Source of the DNA: the human T2T-CHM13v2.0 reference genome, Homo sapiens
Strand: one strand, 5' to 3'
DNA length: 64,000 nt
Assembly: GCF_009914755.1 (NCBI RefSeq)
Contig: NC_060937.1
How positions within the stretch are numbered: position 1 is the stretch's first letter; each line of letters starts with the position of its first letter. Made by a program: the position numbers and the translations under genes. The notes beneath the pieces were generated by a model, which saw only the letters and a list, made by a program, of their open reading frames with translations, did no database searches and was not told the origin of the DNA. Positions 1-12,250 of this stretch are shown one piece after another.

Positions 1-244
1 TTCACTTGCTTAATGGTAGCATTAAAATAATGAGTGGTGTGTCTATTGATAGTGTCTTGGATTTAGTGAAGTAGAATTAAAATTGTGGGAAATAATCTCT
101 ATCTCAGAAAATAACTTTGAGAATATTTTAATGACAGAATAATGGAGACAGTGGGGCATAGGGGGTCTGGTCATATAACGTGATTAATGGGGTCTGAATT
201 ATTCTTGAAAAAAGAAAAAGTTGTGGAAATTTTGTGAAATTGAC

Positions 245-273
245 TTTTTCTCTTTTTCCTCCCGCCTCCAAAG
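245..273 (+). other. ZMYM2: 3' splice acceptor of the last ZMYM2 exon
   Basis: Polypyrimidine tract tttttctctttttcctcccgcctcc followed by aaAG at 272-273. Splicing here (phase 2, Ser AG|T) gives the frame ...SPQNLNQRMDVFYLQPE. Confidence 0.85.
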
Positions 274-466
274 TCCACAGAATCTTAATCAGAGGATGGA
301 TGTTTTTTATTTGCAACCAGAATGCTCTAGTTCTACAGATAGCCCTGTCTGGTATACGTCTACTTCACTGGACCGAAACACCTTGGAAAATATGCTTGTA
401 CGGGTTCTTCTAGTAAAAGATATTTATGATAAAGACAATTATGAACTGGATGAAGACACAGACTAA
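274..466 (+). CDS. ZMYM2: Zinc finger MYM-type protein 2 (ZNF198), coding part of the last exon (end of the DUF3504 domain)
   Basis: Translation PQNLNQRMDVFYLQPECSSSTDSPVWYTSTSLDRNTLENMLVRVLLVKDIYDKDNYELDEDTD* matches the ZMYM2 C-terminus as I recall it. TAA at 464-466. GJA3 as neighbour fits the known gene order. Confidence 0.93.
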
Positions 467-1174
467 AAAGGAACGTTGCAGAAGCAATCGGGATAAAACA
501 GCATTAGATAGTCATGCTGCTAGATCTTTATTATGGAAAACATTTCAAGTTTACTCCTTCTGTTTTGAGTTTTGTAGCAGTGTACCCACGCTGGGTATTA
601 CCATGTAAATAATCTGTGAGTGAAAGTTGCCATTATTCTATGTAGTGGTTTTAGGATACTTAACAAATACATTCAAATTCTTTTTTTATTATTATTTATT
701 TGATTAGGTATGTTTGTAACTTTTTACATTACAGAATATGAATGAGAATGTGCCATGTATAATTTTTTTCTTGTAGTAAGAAACATCCATATTGCACAAC
801 TCTACTGTTGCAAAGCTTCCTTGGAAGGGGGCTCTTTTACTGGGTTCTTAACCAGATGGTTGTGTATGGGTAGCACTACTAAAAGTTTAGAACTTGCAGT
901 GTCTTTCGGAATTTTTAAAATAAACTGTAAACTAATAGGCTGGGGTTTTTGTTTTGTTTTGGGGTTTTGTTTTGTTTGGTTTTACATTTTAGTTACTGAA
1001 GCCTTACAAGGTTATGTAGAGAGATACCATCTTCTGTACCAAAAATAGACAAGAGAATGCTGTCAATATTGGTGTACTGTAATGTGAATCTATGCTGGTG
1101 AAAACAATTTTTTGTTCCCCTTATTAAAACCTTAGTGTCCTTTTCTCATTTGTGGCTTTCTGCATCACCCAATC

Positions 1175-1180
1175 AATAAA
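1175..1180 (+). terminator. ZMYM2: Candidate proximal polyadenylation signal of ZMYM2
   Basis: AATAAA, with ATTAAA ~50 nt upstream and a TA/TG-rich tract downstream. Confidence 0.5.
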
Positions 1181-1187
1181 AAACAAA

Positions 1188-1213
1188 TATATATATGTAT
1201 ATATATGTATGTA

Positions 1214-1253
<40 letters not shown>
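1188..1253. repeat. (TA)n/(TG)n compound microsatellite
   Basis: tatatatatgtatatatatgtatgtatgtgtgtgtgtatatata... Confidence 0.95.
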
Positions 1254-1256
<3 letters not shown>

Positions 1257-4200
1257 GATTGTAAGTTGAAAACAAGATCATCAAGACATTTCCTTTGTAA
1301 AAATGTCTGGTGAAAGTATAAAATTCTGTTTTCTTCTATGCCAGCCATAAGTATCTGAAATCCTCTTCATTTATAGAGGTTTGATTTTTATTTCTTTTTT
1401 TCCCTCTTAAGGATACAGATCATGCTGCAATGTTAGCTGTGTAGTACTCTAAAACTTAGCAATTTTATCAGAATTCTTGTGCCTGTTTACATTGGATAAA
1501 ATTGTTTTTAGAAATTCCACTCCTGAAATAGTTACAGAAAGTCAAGCTATGTTAAATAAGATAGGATCACATTTTATAATGAAGATTACCAGTGTAGTAA
1601 TTCTGATATTGCAAATGATTGAGGAACAAACAAAGAAACTAATAGAGAAAGTCAGTCTCAGAGGAAATCCCATTTAATGTTAGATTGTTTGGCTTTTGAA
1701 ATTACTTCTTATAGAAGATTGCATTAAAAAAAAAAACAACTTTGTGCTTCTGCATAGCAATTTATCCATTCAGACCTTTTCTTTTAGAATAAGGAAACTT
1801 AAAATCTACTTTCTAAAGACTGAACAAAGTGCTAGCTGCAAATTATCTTGAAATCATTTGGCTCTTTTCTAGCATGTGTGTAATCATGTTTTCTTCTGAT
1901 TCCTGAATGACCATGGTAGCATTAGTGTTTAGAAATTGTTCAGGGGAAAATTGAGCTATTTTCCATAGTGGCTAGCAATTGCTACACATCCTTAGATACT
2001 CCTCTCTCCCATAGGATAAATGTTACAGCACACAAAAGAAATTTTCTCAATTCTGATTTGGAAAATTTCACAGGTGTCATTATTGTATATCTAAGCAATA
2101 ATTATCTGAATGTTTTGGCATAAAAAATTATAATGTTCTAACTTGTTTTATAAGTTGAATGACTTTTCAGTCCCTTGATTTTATATTGTTGAGTGATAAT
2201 CAGACTGATAGTAGCAAATCTGATCATACATTACTAAAATAGATTGCTGATTGTCTATTTAACGAAGACAAGTGGGTAACATTTAAAATATATAATACAA
2301 AAATTTTCTCTAACTTACCTTTTTCCAGAACTACTTCTTTAAGCACTTTTCCTATTAATGCCTATTGTTGATTAAAAGGTGGTTAATTCTAACCATCTTT
2401 TAGTCTTCAAAGTGGTGCTATATTCCATCAAGAGCAATAAAGTTTTTCCCAGGTGTCACTTATTGTATATGTTACCAAATACCATGAATTTCTGCCATAG
2501 TACTACTATCAAGCACCTTGTCTTGCTATTTACAGTTTCTTCATTTGTATATTTTTAGCTTTTCTAAGTGGAAATGTCTACATAATTTTGATCTTGACAT
2601 GATTGAGGATTTAGAGCTCTTGTCTTTGTCTTGATTGCAATCCAACGATAGATTAACTTGATTCTCAGGGGGAAAAGAAAAACTTATTTTATGAGAATTG
2701 TTTGTTCTGTGAAACTCACTTCACCTAGAACACATTTCATTGATTCTTGGATCTTAGTTTATGTGGTCATAGTTGACTGCTGAGAAAAGGACAATGAAAT
2801 GATAGCAATTTCCTTTTGCTTCTAGGTGATCTCTGATTATAGATAGCATCCTGTAAATATAACTTTATTGTCTTGAAATGTTTATTGAAGATGCTATATT
2901 TTTCTGTTCTGTTTTCTGAAGATTTTGCCATTTAAAATGATCCAGTGAAAAATATTTATCCACATTGAAGAAAGTGGATTTCCCATGCAAATTGAATCTT
3001 CATTAACACATTTTAAAAGGCTTTACTGTATTAGGTAACATAGATATTAAAGGATTTTTCTAGGCAAGAAGCTCAACTTTTTTTTTCCATAAAAATAATT
3101 TTTGCTTAAATAGTAACTCATGGTTTTCTTTTATTAAATGGGGTTGTTGTCAGTATGTTAAACATTGAAGTAGGAGGAGGATGCATATTGTACTATGCAT
3201 TCAAATTTATCACTGTTTTTTCTGACAGACTTTCCCTTTGTCCTTTCTAGTTATGACTTGGGAATGGGGTAACTTCTTTATGCATAGTATTAAGGGTTAT
3301 AGTATGAAGAAATCATAAAATTGCAAGTTTTGGTTTGCATTACTCTAATGTGGGTTCATTTAATCTGAGATCTTAAATATCTTGCAGCCTTAAATCACTA
3401 CAAACATTTGCATTTTTATTATGCCAGTTATTTCCAAAATGTATTGTTATACATGTCACTTATGTTTTTAAGCTAATATTGACTGTAGGATAATCTCCTT
3501 GTTCCCCTCAAAATAGTCATGAAAGTGTACATGAAAATATTTTTAAAGAATAAATTTCTTTAAATTACATACTTTTGGATTTCCCCCTTAATAAGCCCCT
3601 TACTCATGTTTAGAGAAGATTTTGAATTTCATTTATTCCATTCTACTGTGTTCTGAGGATTATATCAATTTAGAAGTTGATGTCCAGAACAGGTTATCTG
3701 TATCAGTTCTGAGAATAGAAACAACCTACAGTGCTGTCCCAATTTGTACTTTTTTTTCTTTACTCGGAAGTTAGATGTCAGAGGGACACCTCAAATAAGT
3801 GACTGTGATCCCCTGCCTTGTAATGAAGTGGAAAAGAGAGGGTCCCTAAAAATCTGGGCAAGTGGTGTCCTAATTAGTTACTGAGTTAAAACAAGTTCAT
3901 GAATTTAGGCCTTTTGGGAAAGAAAGAGAATGTAAGATTTAACCTGTAAATGTTAAGAATAGAACCAAAGAGAGGGCCACAGACCATTAGTTGTTAAGAG
4001 GTATCAATCTTAACAGCATATTTTCTCTTGTGCAATGAAAAGAACAATCGTAGCTCTTTTGGGCATCTTAGGTCTTTTATTCTTTCTGGATGGCTTACAT
4101 CGAATCCTTGTGATTTATTTAAAGACACATTTTTCCTGGAGAGGAGAAAGATCTTCTCTAAAATAGCCTTAACACTGAGAACATATTAGGCCTAATTTTA

Positions 4201-5069
4201 AAAGTCCAATTCAGATAACTCCTCAGAAGTAAATGCAGCACACTAAAATTCATTATCACAAAACTTAATATTTGTTAATATGTTTCCTCTGTGCTAAAAG
4301 GCTGCTGCTAACCATGGTAGTTAGGGAGGAAGAGAAAGTAAAAGACATTAGTGTTCAAAAACTTACATCTTTGGGGGTAAACAAGACATATAGTACATTT
4401 AACTCCTAGGGAACTTAGAATATTTATGGTAGGATAGAAAGAGATGATTGTGGACACACACAAGTACCCCAAAAGGCCATTATGGTCTAGAATAGGTTTC
4501 ATAGAGAGGATTACTACCACCTGTGATTATATGGTATATGAAACATGAGATTTTGTAACCTGGACATTGCTTTTAGCTCTGTTGGAAATGGTCAGTAGAG
4601 CAATTTCTGAATATTTTGATGGTACGGTGTTGATGGCATCAGTCCTTTTCTGTGGCTTTCAGCCCAACTTAATACAAGAGGAGTTAAAAATAGCACCCAA
4701 AAGGGGTAGCTAGAGCACCCTCACCATGCACTAAAGATAAATCTAAAAGGTGTTCAAGTACATTGAATCAAGATGAGTAATCCAACTTCTATGTTATGTA
4801 GGATGGATGGAGCACACAAATTCTTGCAAACATTGTAGAGGTTTTTTTAAACTTCATCCACTAAGGATTTTTTTATAATAATTACTTTTGAAAATAAAAT
4901 CTCAACTATTTTCCAAGTTATGAGTGTGCTGCTCTTAACCCTGTGAGATGAAATCTTCCCATTTGGATTACATATTTGTAGTTCTATATCGACATCAGCA
5001 GATGGCAATAGTATACAAATAGTATACAGCATGAGCCTTCCATTGCTTTTATTTCTTTGTTTATAAGTA

Positions 5070-5355
5070 TACTATAATCCTTCATCTGAAACCCTTAGGG
5101 TTTTAGAATTCAGAATTTTCCCCTTTTCAGAGAGAATATATATAATGTAGATTACATAACACCCTCAATGGGGCCTGGGGCAACACCCCATAATCAAACA
5201 TTAGTACATTCATAGTAACTGGGATTAACTATGTAAGGCAGTAAGCTACCTGCCTTACATAGTTTAGGTCAATTTTTGTCACAAACTTATGGAAAAACTA
5301 GGTTTTTAGAAATTTTTTGGATCTCAGAATTCGTGATTAGGGATTGCTGACCTCT
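5070..5355. mobile_element. Tigger-family DNA transposon fossil (MER46C-like)
   Basis: ataatccttcatctgaaaccctt...aacaccccataatcaaacatt...gattagggattg; the ends resemble Tigger/Zombi inverted termini. Confidence 0.55.
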
Positions 5356-5669
5356 GTAAGGAAACTGGTGTCAGGTCTAGAATTTTCCTTCTAATGAAAT
5401 ACGTAGTCATTTTCCCCCTTTTTAAATTGCTTAGCTTTGGTAGAGGTAACTGAAGGCTTTCTTTAGAATTCGTGTGTTAGATTTTAAGAAAAATGCATGA
5501 AATTGTTAGGACAGGCATAAATACAAATGGCAATTCTAGAGCCATTACGGAATTTTGAAACACTTAACAATTGCTTTCTTTTACTTTTCATCTTGCCTCA
5601 ATACTTGTAGCATTACAAGTATTCCACGTAAATAAACGTTTATGAAGAGCTGCAGTCATGTCATGGAGC

Positions 5670-5790
5670 CAGGCATTTATTCATTCAACAAATAGGTTAG
5701 TCTTCCACACACAATTTCAGGTGCTGGGAACACAGAATTAAGACCCAGCCCTTCCTCTCAAGGACTTCGCGTAGTTTGGGAGAAACGGGA
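5670..5790 (-). mobile_element. L2 3'-end fragment
   Basis: atttattcattcaacaaata...ggtgctgggaacacag...cccttcctctcaagga. Confidence 0.6.
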
Positions 5791-6149
5791 ATGGGCTGGA
5801 ATGTCAGAATAAGATGGGCACTTAGGCCTTATTGAGCATGATCACACTTGTATTTTGAAGTAAAATACCCTGATCAAGTAATTTACCAAGAAGCTACTTT
5901 TTGTGACACAGCTCCGTCTCCTGACCGCGGTTCCAGACTTCACCATTACACCAGTCTATTCCCATTCTGGAAAGGGAGAGGTATCAGCTCTTAGGGGGCA
6001 GAGATTAGCAAATTGAAAAATAGCAGTGAACCAGATGGAAGGCTCTCGATCTTTAGAGGTTATTAATCAGTGTTTGTTCGTTCAATTTTTAACCAGTCAC
6101 CTTGCTGTTAAGAGCAGAACATAATTGGCTGGAATGTAATGTAGGGAAT

Positions 6150-6226
6150 TTTTCCCTGTTGGATCCCTAGCACCTAGAAAAGTTCCTAGCACCTATTAGG
6201 TGTTAATAAATGATTGTTGAATGAAT
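6150..6226 (+). mobile_element. L2 3'-end fragment supplying an AATAAA
   Basis: ccctagcacctagaa...taataaatgattgttgaatgaat, the typical L2 tail. Confidence 0.7.
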
Positions 6227-7059
6227 CAGTGATTACAAGTACTTTTAAGAATTTTGAAAATAAAGGAACCATTGGAAATACGACCTGTGATCAAGGAAGA
6301 AATACCTGTTTTTTGGTGTGTCTTTGAGCACTTCCCTTGCGTTTGTGTGTGGTCGTGTGTCTTTTCTGATTTGCTCAGCATACTAGTATCGCTTGAGTTC
6401 CTGTAACCTTCCATTTGTGAGAGCCAAGGAGATGAAGATGTAGGACTTGATGGTTTGTAGTACTGCTCAAAATAGTAACACTTAAAAATCACTTGTGAAT
6501 TTCGTTAAACTGGAGGTTTCTGGTCTGCCCACTGGAGATGGGTTTAGTAAGTCTGGGTGCAAGTCTCCCAGAGAGTTGCATTTTAAACACCTTGGCTAAA
6601 AACCCAAAGACCTACAGTCTAAAAAGTGGTCCATCTACATTTTAAAAAATTAAATAGAATTGCATGGAATAGAACATAATAAAGGCATTTTCTTCATGCA
6701 CTTTATTTTACACTCGTGTGCATTGGTTGGCAAATGTAAAACACTTCTATGGTTTTCAAAGTGTGAAAGCCTTCCCCTAGAAGACTTAACTAAGAGCAAC
6801 TCCACACTACATACAGAAGGATTTGGTGTTAGTCTGCTCCTCCCATTTTGTTTTCGGATGTCAACGTTTATCTACACTGAACTCCAGAAAGTTGTGAACT
6901 GTGGGGACATTTGCTTTTCATTTCGTTGTAATAGGTAAGTGGCTAGTCAAAGGTAGTGTGGTGTAGTATTTGAAACATCCGTTTCTCTACTCGTTTGCCA
7001 TAAGTTTGAGGCAAGACTTTTTTTTTCCTAGAGTTACTGTGAGAATAAAAGCAATAGTT

Positions 7060-7212
7060 CTTGGAGTGCTTTTCTGTGTGCCAACCCATGATGTATTGTT
7101 GGCATTATTATCCCCAGTTTAAAGATGAGCCAATGCCTAAGGTCACACAACTAGGAAGTGGCAGAGCTGTGATCCACATTAGGTCTTTGTGTCTAAAAGC
7201 CCACGTGTGCTC
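7060..7212 (-). mobile_element. MIR SINE
   Basis: attattatccccagtttaaagatgag...aaggtcacacaactaggaagtggcagagct (MIR core, reverse). Confidence 0.75.
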
Positions 7213-7553
7213 TAAACTACTTGGCCATTCATTTCTGTGACAGACTGAAATAGGTAGTTCTTCCAGGCTACCCCAATCATCCACGAACCTCTTCTCAACT
7301 GGTAGAGCAAATGTTTAGTAAGCATATGCCGAGACAAAAATAATAGGTGAGCCTGCAGCAAAATTGTGGAAGATAGCAGATGGATACATGGAAAGGAACT
7401 TAGCAGAGCCAGTCCCAGCCTTGCTCTGTACACTTGCCCTGCTTGCCCCAACTGCACATCGGCAGCTGAGTGCCGAGAGGAACACACCTGGCAGCTGGAT
7501 TGCTGTCCCATACCTTTCCGGCCACACATGAACACTTCTCCATTCTTTACACT

Positions 7554-9871
7554 CAGGGGTTGGTCAGCTTTTTCTGTAAAGGCCCAGAGAGTCAGTATTT
7601 TAGGTCTTGGACACCAAGAGGCAGCATTGAGGATATTCTGTAAGTACTTAAAAGAGAGGAGTGTCCATATTATTTTTTAATTGACAAAATTTGAAATAAT
7701 TGAGTACAACTTTTCTTAATGGAGTCTATTAATGAGAGGGATAGAATGCTTTTTAGGGGACTGTTTCACTTAATTGGAGTTCAAAGTAAGTAGTTGGCTA
7801 TGATCAAAATTGATTGCAAATGTTCATCTGTTAGGTTTTAATGTATTTCATCTTTGAAAATGTCTTTTCAGGCCGGGCGCGGTGGCTGACGCCTGTAATC
7901 CCTGCATTTTGGGAGGCCGAGGTGGGCAGATCACGAGGTCAGAGCTAGACTCCGTCTCAAAAAAAAAAAAAAAAAAAAAAAAGGTCTTTTCAAGCAGTAG
8001 ATACTGCCAAACACTGATATCAGTCCATGTGCGTATGATTTTAGTCAAACATATTCATCACTTAGAAAGCATTTGTACAATTCTACTAGATTGTTCTCTT
8101 GATACTTACCTTTCAGCATGTTACTGTGTTGCAGATTAATCACATTCAGTTAAAGGTTAGATGTGATCTCCTCAGTTTCACAATTAAATGGATTTTGTAG
8201 TACAGAAATTGCCTTCACACTTGCATTGAGCTCTGAAAAACACTGCTGGAACTCTAGTTTGAGACTGGCAGTGTGTCTGCTCTCAATGTGTGGGGATGGG
8301 AATGCCATTGCTTGTAACTTTTGACAGCATGAGAACTGCATAAGCAGCTTGATGTTACTTGTGATTCAAGCAACATTAGTTGTCATTATTCACTGAACCT
8401 TACTGCAGTATGTTTTGCATTTAAGCACTGTTTTGCCTTGTAATTTTAGGGTGAATTCATCAAGAAACATTATCAAGCTTGCAACAAAATAACTTCCAAA
8501 GCTATTCAGTGTTGAATAGTAGTGGTTGAGTGTGGTTTATCTCATTCAGAACAATTGCAGTCTTTGCCCTGAGCTCAAAACATCACAATAAAATTTGATT
8601 GCTGCTAAGCCGTTGACCTGCTGTGTGGTAGGGCAAGTCAGGATATTCAGCTGTGCTGTCTGACAGATGTTCACGGAATTGACGATGGTTAAATCCATGA
8701 AAGTGAATGAAGTTCGCCCTTGACACTACTGGTTCAGTAACACGTGATCAATTCACGTATTTACTGCAAAGCACTGCTGATAATACCATGAACAACTTTA
8801 GGCTTTAAATATTTACATTTCAACTAAGACTTTTTCTGCTTCATAATTTTGCCACCATTAGTTGCACTCAGCCAATTCTATTTTCAAGTTTTCTCCACTT
8901 TACCTACAGATCAACTCATAGATGCTAATAATTCTTCAGTCACTTCAAACTTGGAATGAGACACATTGAAAAGACACCTAAGCAGTGTCGGTAAAAAAAA
9001 TCAAGAGCAAAGAAAAACACTTGAAAACATCTACCTTGTTTTCAAAATTTTAAATGACTCTTCAAGTTTTCAAGCAAGTCTTTTTGCCAAAAGGCCAGTA
9101 TTCTTAAACAAGCTTATTTTCTCTGGATACATTTCTTTGGCTGCTGCAATCAAATGCAATTTAATTACTATTGGGAAGCGGTTTTCCTTGTTTGGCTAAC
9201 AAATGAGCCGCTGGAAACTTACTTTGGTTGCAGCCTCATTTGAATTTTTTATTTTTTGAGGAAATTGTACTGGAATGAGAGGTTCTGTTTTAAATTTTCT
9301 AATTTTTCTGACCGCTGCTCTCCTGTGAGTTGGACATACCGTGAGGAGGGCTCAGTCTGGTCATGTTGATGGACACTGTTCTTTAGCATCGCTATCATGT
9401 CATTTCACAAGAAACACAAAACCAGCTAATTCAATAGCAGAATCCAACTCCACTGTGCATTAACAGTGGGACACCCAGAGAACACTTTAATTGCTTTGAC
9501 ATGGTGAGTTCGCACTGTGAAAATAAGTTGTTGGTGTGGCAATGTGCATGACACTGGAAACAGTGATGTGAAGCCCTCACTGCAGTGGGCTAAGCAGCAG
9601 CACAGAGGTGAGAGTGCCACAGGCTGCTCCGTCATAGCTCCTCAGCCTTGTCCTTGTAGCAAAATAGCCACCAAAGGCCATAAATAAGTGAAAAAGTGTG
9701 CCTGTGTTTTAATACAGCCTTATTCATGGAAATATTTGAATGTTACATGCCACAAAATATTTTTTAAAATGTCTCCATTAAAAAATGCATAAACCATCCT
9801 TAGCTAGTGTGCCTCGTAGAAATGGGTCGTAGGTAAGACTTGGTCTGCAGTCTGAAGCTTGCCAATTCCTA
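7554..9871 (-). mobile_element. Near full-length hAT-Charlie DNA transposon (Cheshire-like) with a decayed transposase
   Basis: MER58-type ends (caggggttggtcagctttttctgtaaagg... and ...aaaccatccttagct...gcttgccaattcct). Minus-strand transposase remnants: LKLEFQQCFSEL...QNPFNCE, LISVFGS and EKTFSKMK (hAT dimerisation domain). Confidence 0.75.
7871..7982 (+). mobile_element. Internally deleted Alu (AluSc/Sg/Y-type 5' end) with intact termini and TSD
   Basis: ggccgggcgcggtggc...gatcacgaggtcag joined directly to agctagactccgtctc(A)n. TSD aaaa(t/g)gtcttttca at 7857-7870 and 7979-7992. Confidence 0.9.
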
Positions 9872-9919
9872 CTTAAGTTGCTAACCTTGCTTTCTACTTC
9901 AATTTCTTTTAAATGCAAT

Positions 9920-10219
9920 TTTATTTATTTATTTTTGAGACTGAGTCTTGCTCTGTCGCCCTGGTTGGGGTGTAGTGGCGCAATCTCGGCTCGCTGCAAC
10001 TTCTGCCTCCGGGGTTCAAGCAATTCTCATGCCTCAGTGTCCTGAGTAGCTGGGATGACAGGCACGTGTCACCACGCCTGGCTAATTTTTGTATTTTTAG
10101 TAGAGACAGGGTTTCACCATGTTGGCCAGGCTGGTCTTGACCTCGTGACCTCAACTGATCGGCCTTCCTCGGCTTCCCAAAGTGCTGGGATTACAGGCGT
10201 GAGCCACCGTGCCCAGCCT
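9920..10219 (-). mobile_element. AluS
   Basis: Full reverse dimeric Alu with T-rich tail. Confidence 0.92.
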
Positions 10220-10229
10220 AAGTACAATT

Positions 10230-11150
<921 letters not shown>

Positions 11151-11231
11151 GGAATAGATGAATAATGACCTTATTTTGTTCTAGTGTTTTAGCTGTATTA
11201 ACTCAGTTAGTACAACTACCCTGTAAGCCAA

Positions 11232-12082
11232 AGGGCAGAAAACCTTTCTATTAAGGGCCAGAGAGTAACTATTTGAGGCTTTGTGAGCTTCCTAATGTGC
11301 CCCGAATTCCTTCTGGTGGGTTTTTGGTCTCGCTGACTTCAAGAATGAAGCCGCAGACCTCGTGGTTAGTGTTACAGCTCTTAAAGGTGGCGCATCCGAG
11401 TTTATGCCTTCAAATGTTCAGATGTGTCCGGAGTTTCTTCTTTCCGGTGAGTTCGCAGTCTCGCTGACTTCAGGAGTGAAGCCCTAGACCCTGGTGGTGC
11501 GTGTTACAGCTCATAAAGGTAGTAAGGACCCAAAGGGTAAGCACCAGTAAGATTTATTGTGAAGAGGAAAAGAACTATGATTCCACACCATGGAAATGGA
11601 CCCGAGAAGTTGCGGCGGGTGGGGGTGGGGGTGGGGGGGCAGGCAGGTGGGCGGTGGGTGGGGGGGGGGTGGCCAGCTTTTATTCCCTTATTTGGCTCTG
11701 CCCATGTCCTGCTGATTGGTCCATTTTACAGAGCACTGATTGGTCCATTTTGCAGAGTGCTGACTGGTCCACTTTACAGAGTGCTGATTGGTCCATTTTA
11801 CAGACTGCTGATTGGTGCAGTTACAATCCTTTAGCTAGACACAGATGCTGATTGGTACATTTACAATCCTTCAGCTAGACACGAAAGTTCTCCAAGTCCC
11901 CACCCGACCCAGAAGCCCAGCTGGCTTCACCTCTTACTAACATTTTGTTGCATGTTCTTTTATGAGTTTTTTTGCATGCTTTACAACCGTTTAAAATGTG
12001 AAAACCATTCTTAGCTCATAGGCCATACATAAACAGGCCATGGGCCAGATTTGCACTGATGGCTGTGGTGTGCTGACCCCTG
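11232..12082. mobile_element. MER58 (hAT-Charlie MITE) split by an LTR12 insertion
   Basis: ttaagggccagagagtaactattttgaggctttgtgagc ... aaaaccattcttagctcataggcc...gctgacccctg. Confidence 0.75.
11296..11936 (-). mobile_element. Solo LTR12 (ERV9) with a CCAAT repeat array
   Basis: Termini tgtgccccgaatt... and ...ccagctggcttcacctctta. 4-bp TSD ctaa (11292-11295, 11937-11940). Tandem ctgattggtccattttacagag units. Confidence 0.92.
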
Positions 12083-12089
12083 CCATAAG

Positions 12090-12250
12090 CTATTACAGAG
12101 TAGTGTGTTATTATCCCCGTTTTACATATGGAGACACTGAGGCACAGAGTTCAAATAACTTGCCCACACTCATCAGCTAGCAAATGAAACGAGGGTTCCA
12201 ACAGGCAGTCTGGGCTCCAAGTCTGTGTGCCTAATCGCCACACTGCTTAG
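12090..12250 (-). mobile_element. MIR SINE
   Basis: ttattatccccgttttacatatggagacactgaggcacagag...aacttgccc. Confidence 0.8.

Larger units (their letters stand above)
467..6264 (+). other. ZMYM2: ZMYM2 3'UTR; long, AU-rich, several alternative poly(A) signals; distal end uncertain
   Basis: Repeat-poor AT-rich sequence after the stop. ATTAAA 1123-1128; AATAAA 1175-1180, 3549-3554, 5631-5636, 6205-6210, 6259-6264. Pumilio-type TGTANATA at 604, 1196, 1222, 2852. Confidence 0.65.

Noticed and set aside
221-273. N-terminal part of ORF 221..466
   Set aside because: Intronic polypyrimidine tract; the real exon starts at 274.
11709-11885. Regular 24-40 bp repeats superficially like a CRISPR array
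   Set aside because: Tandem units without unique spacers; the standard LTR12 U3 CCAAT repeat in a eukaryotic genome.
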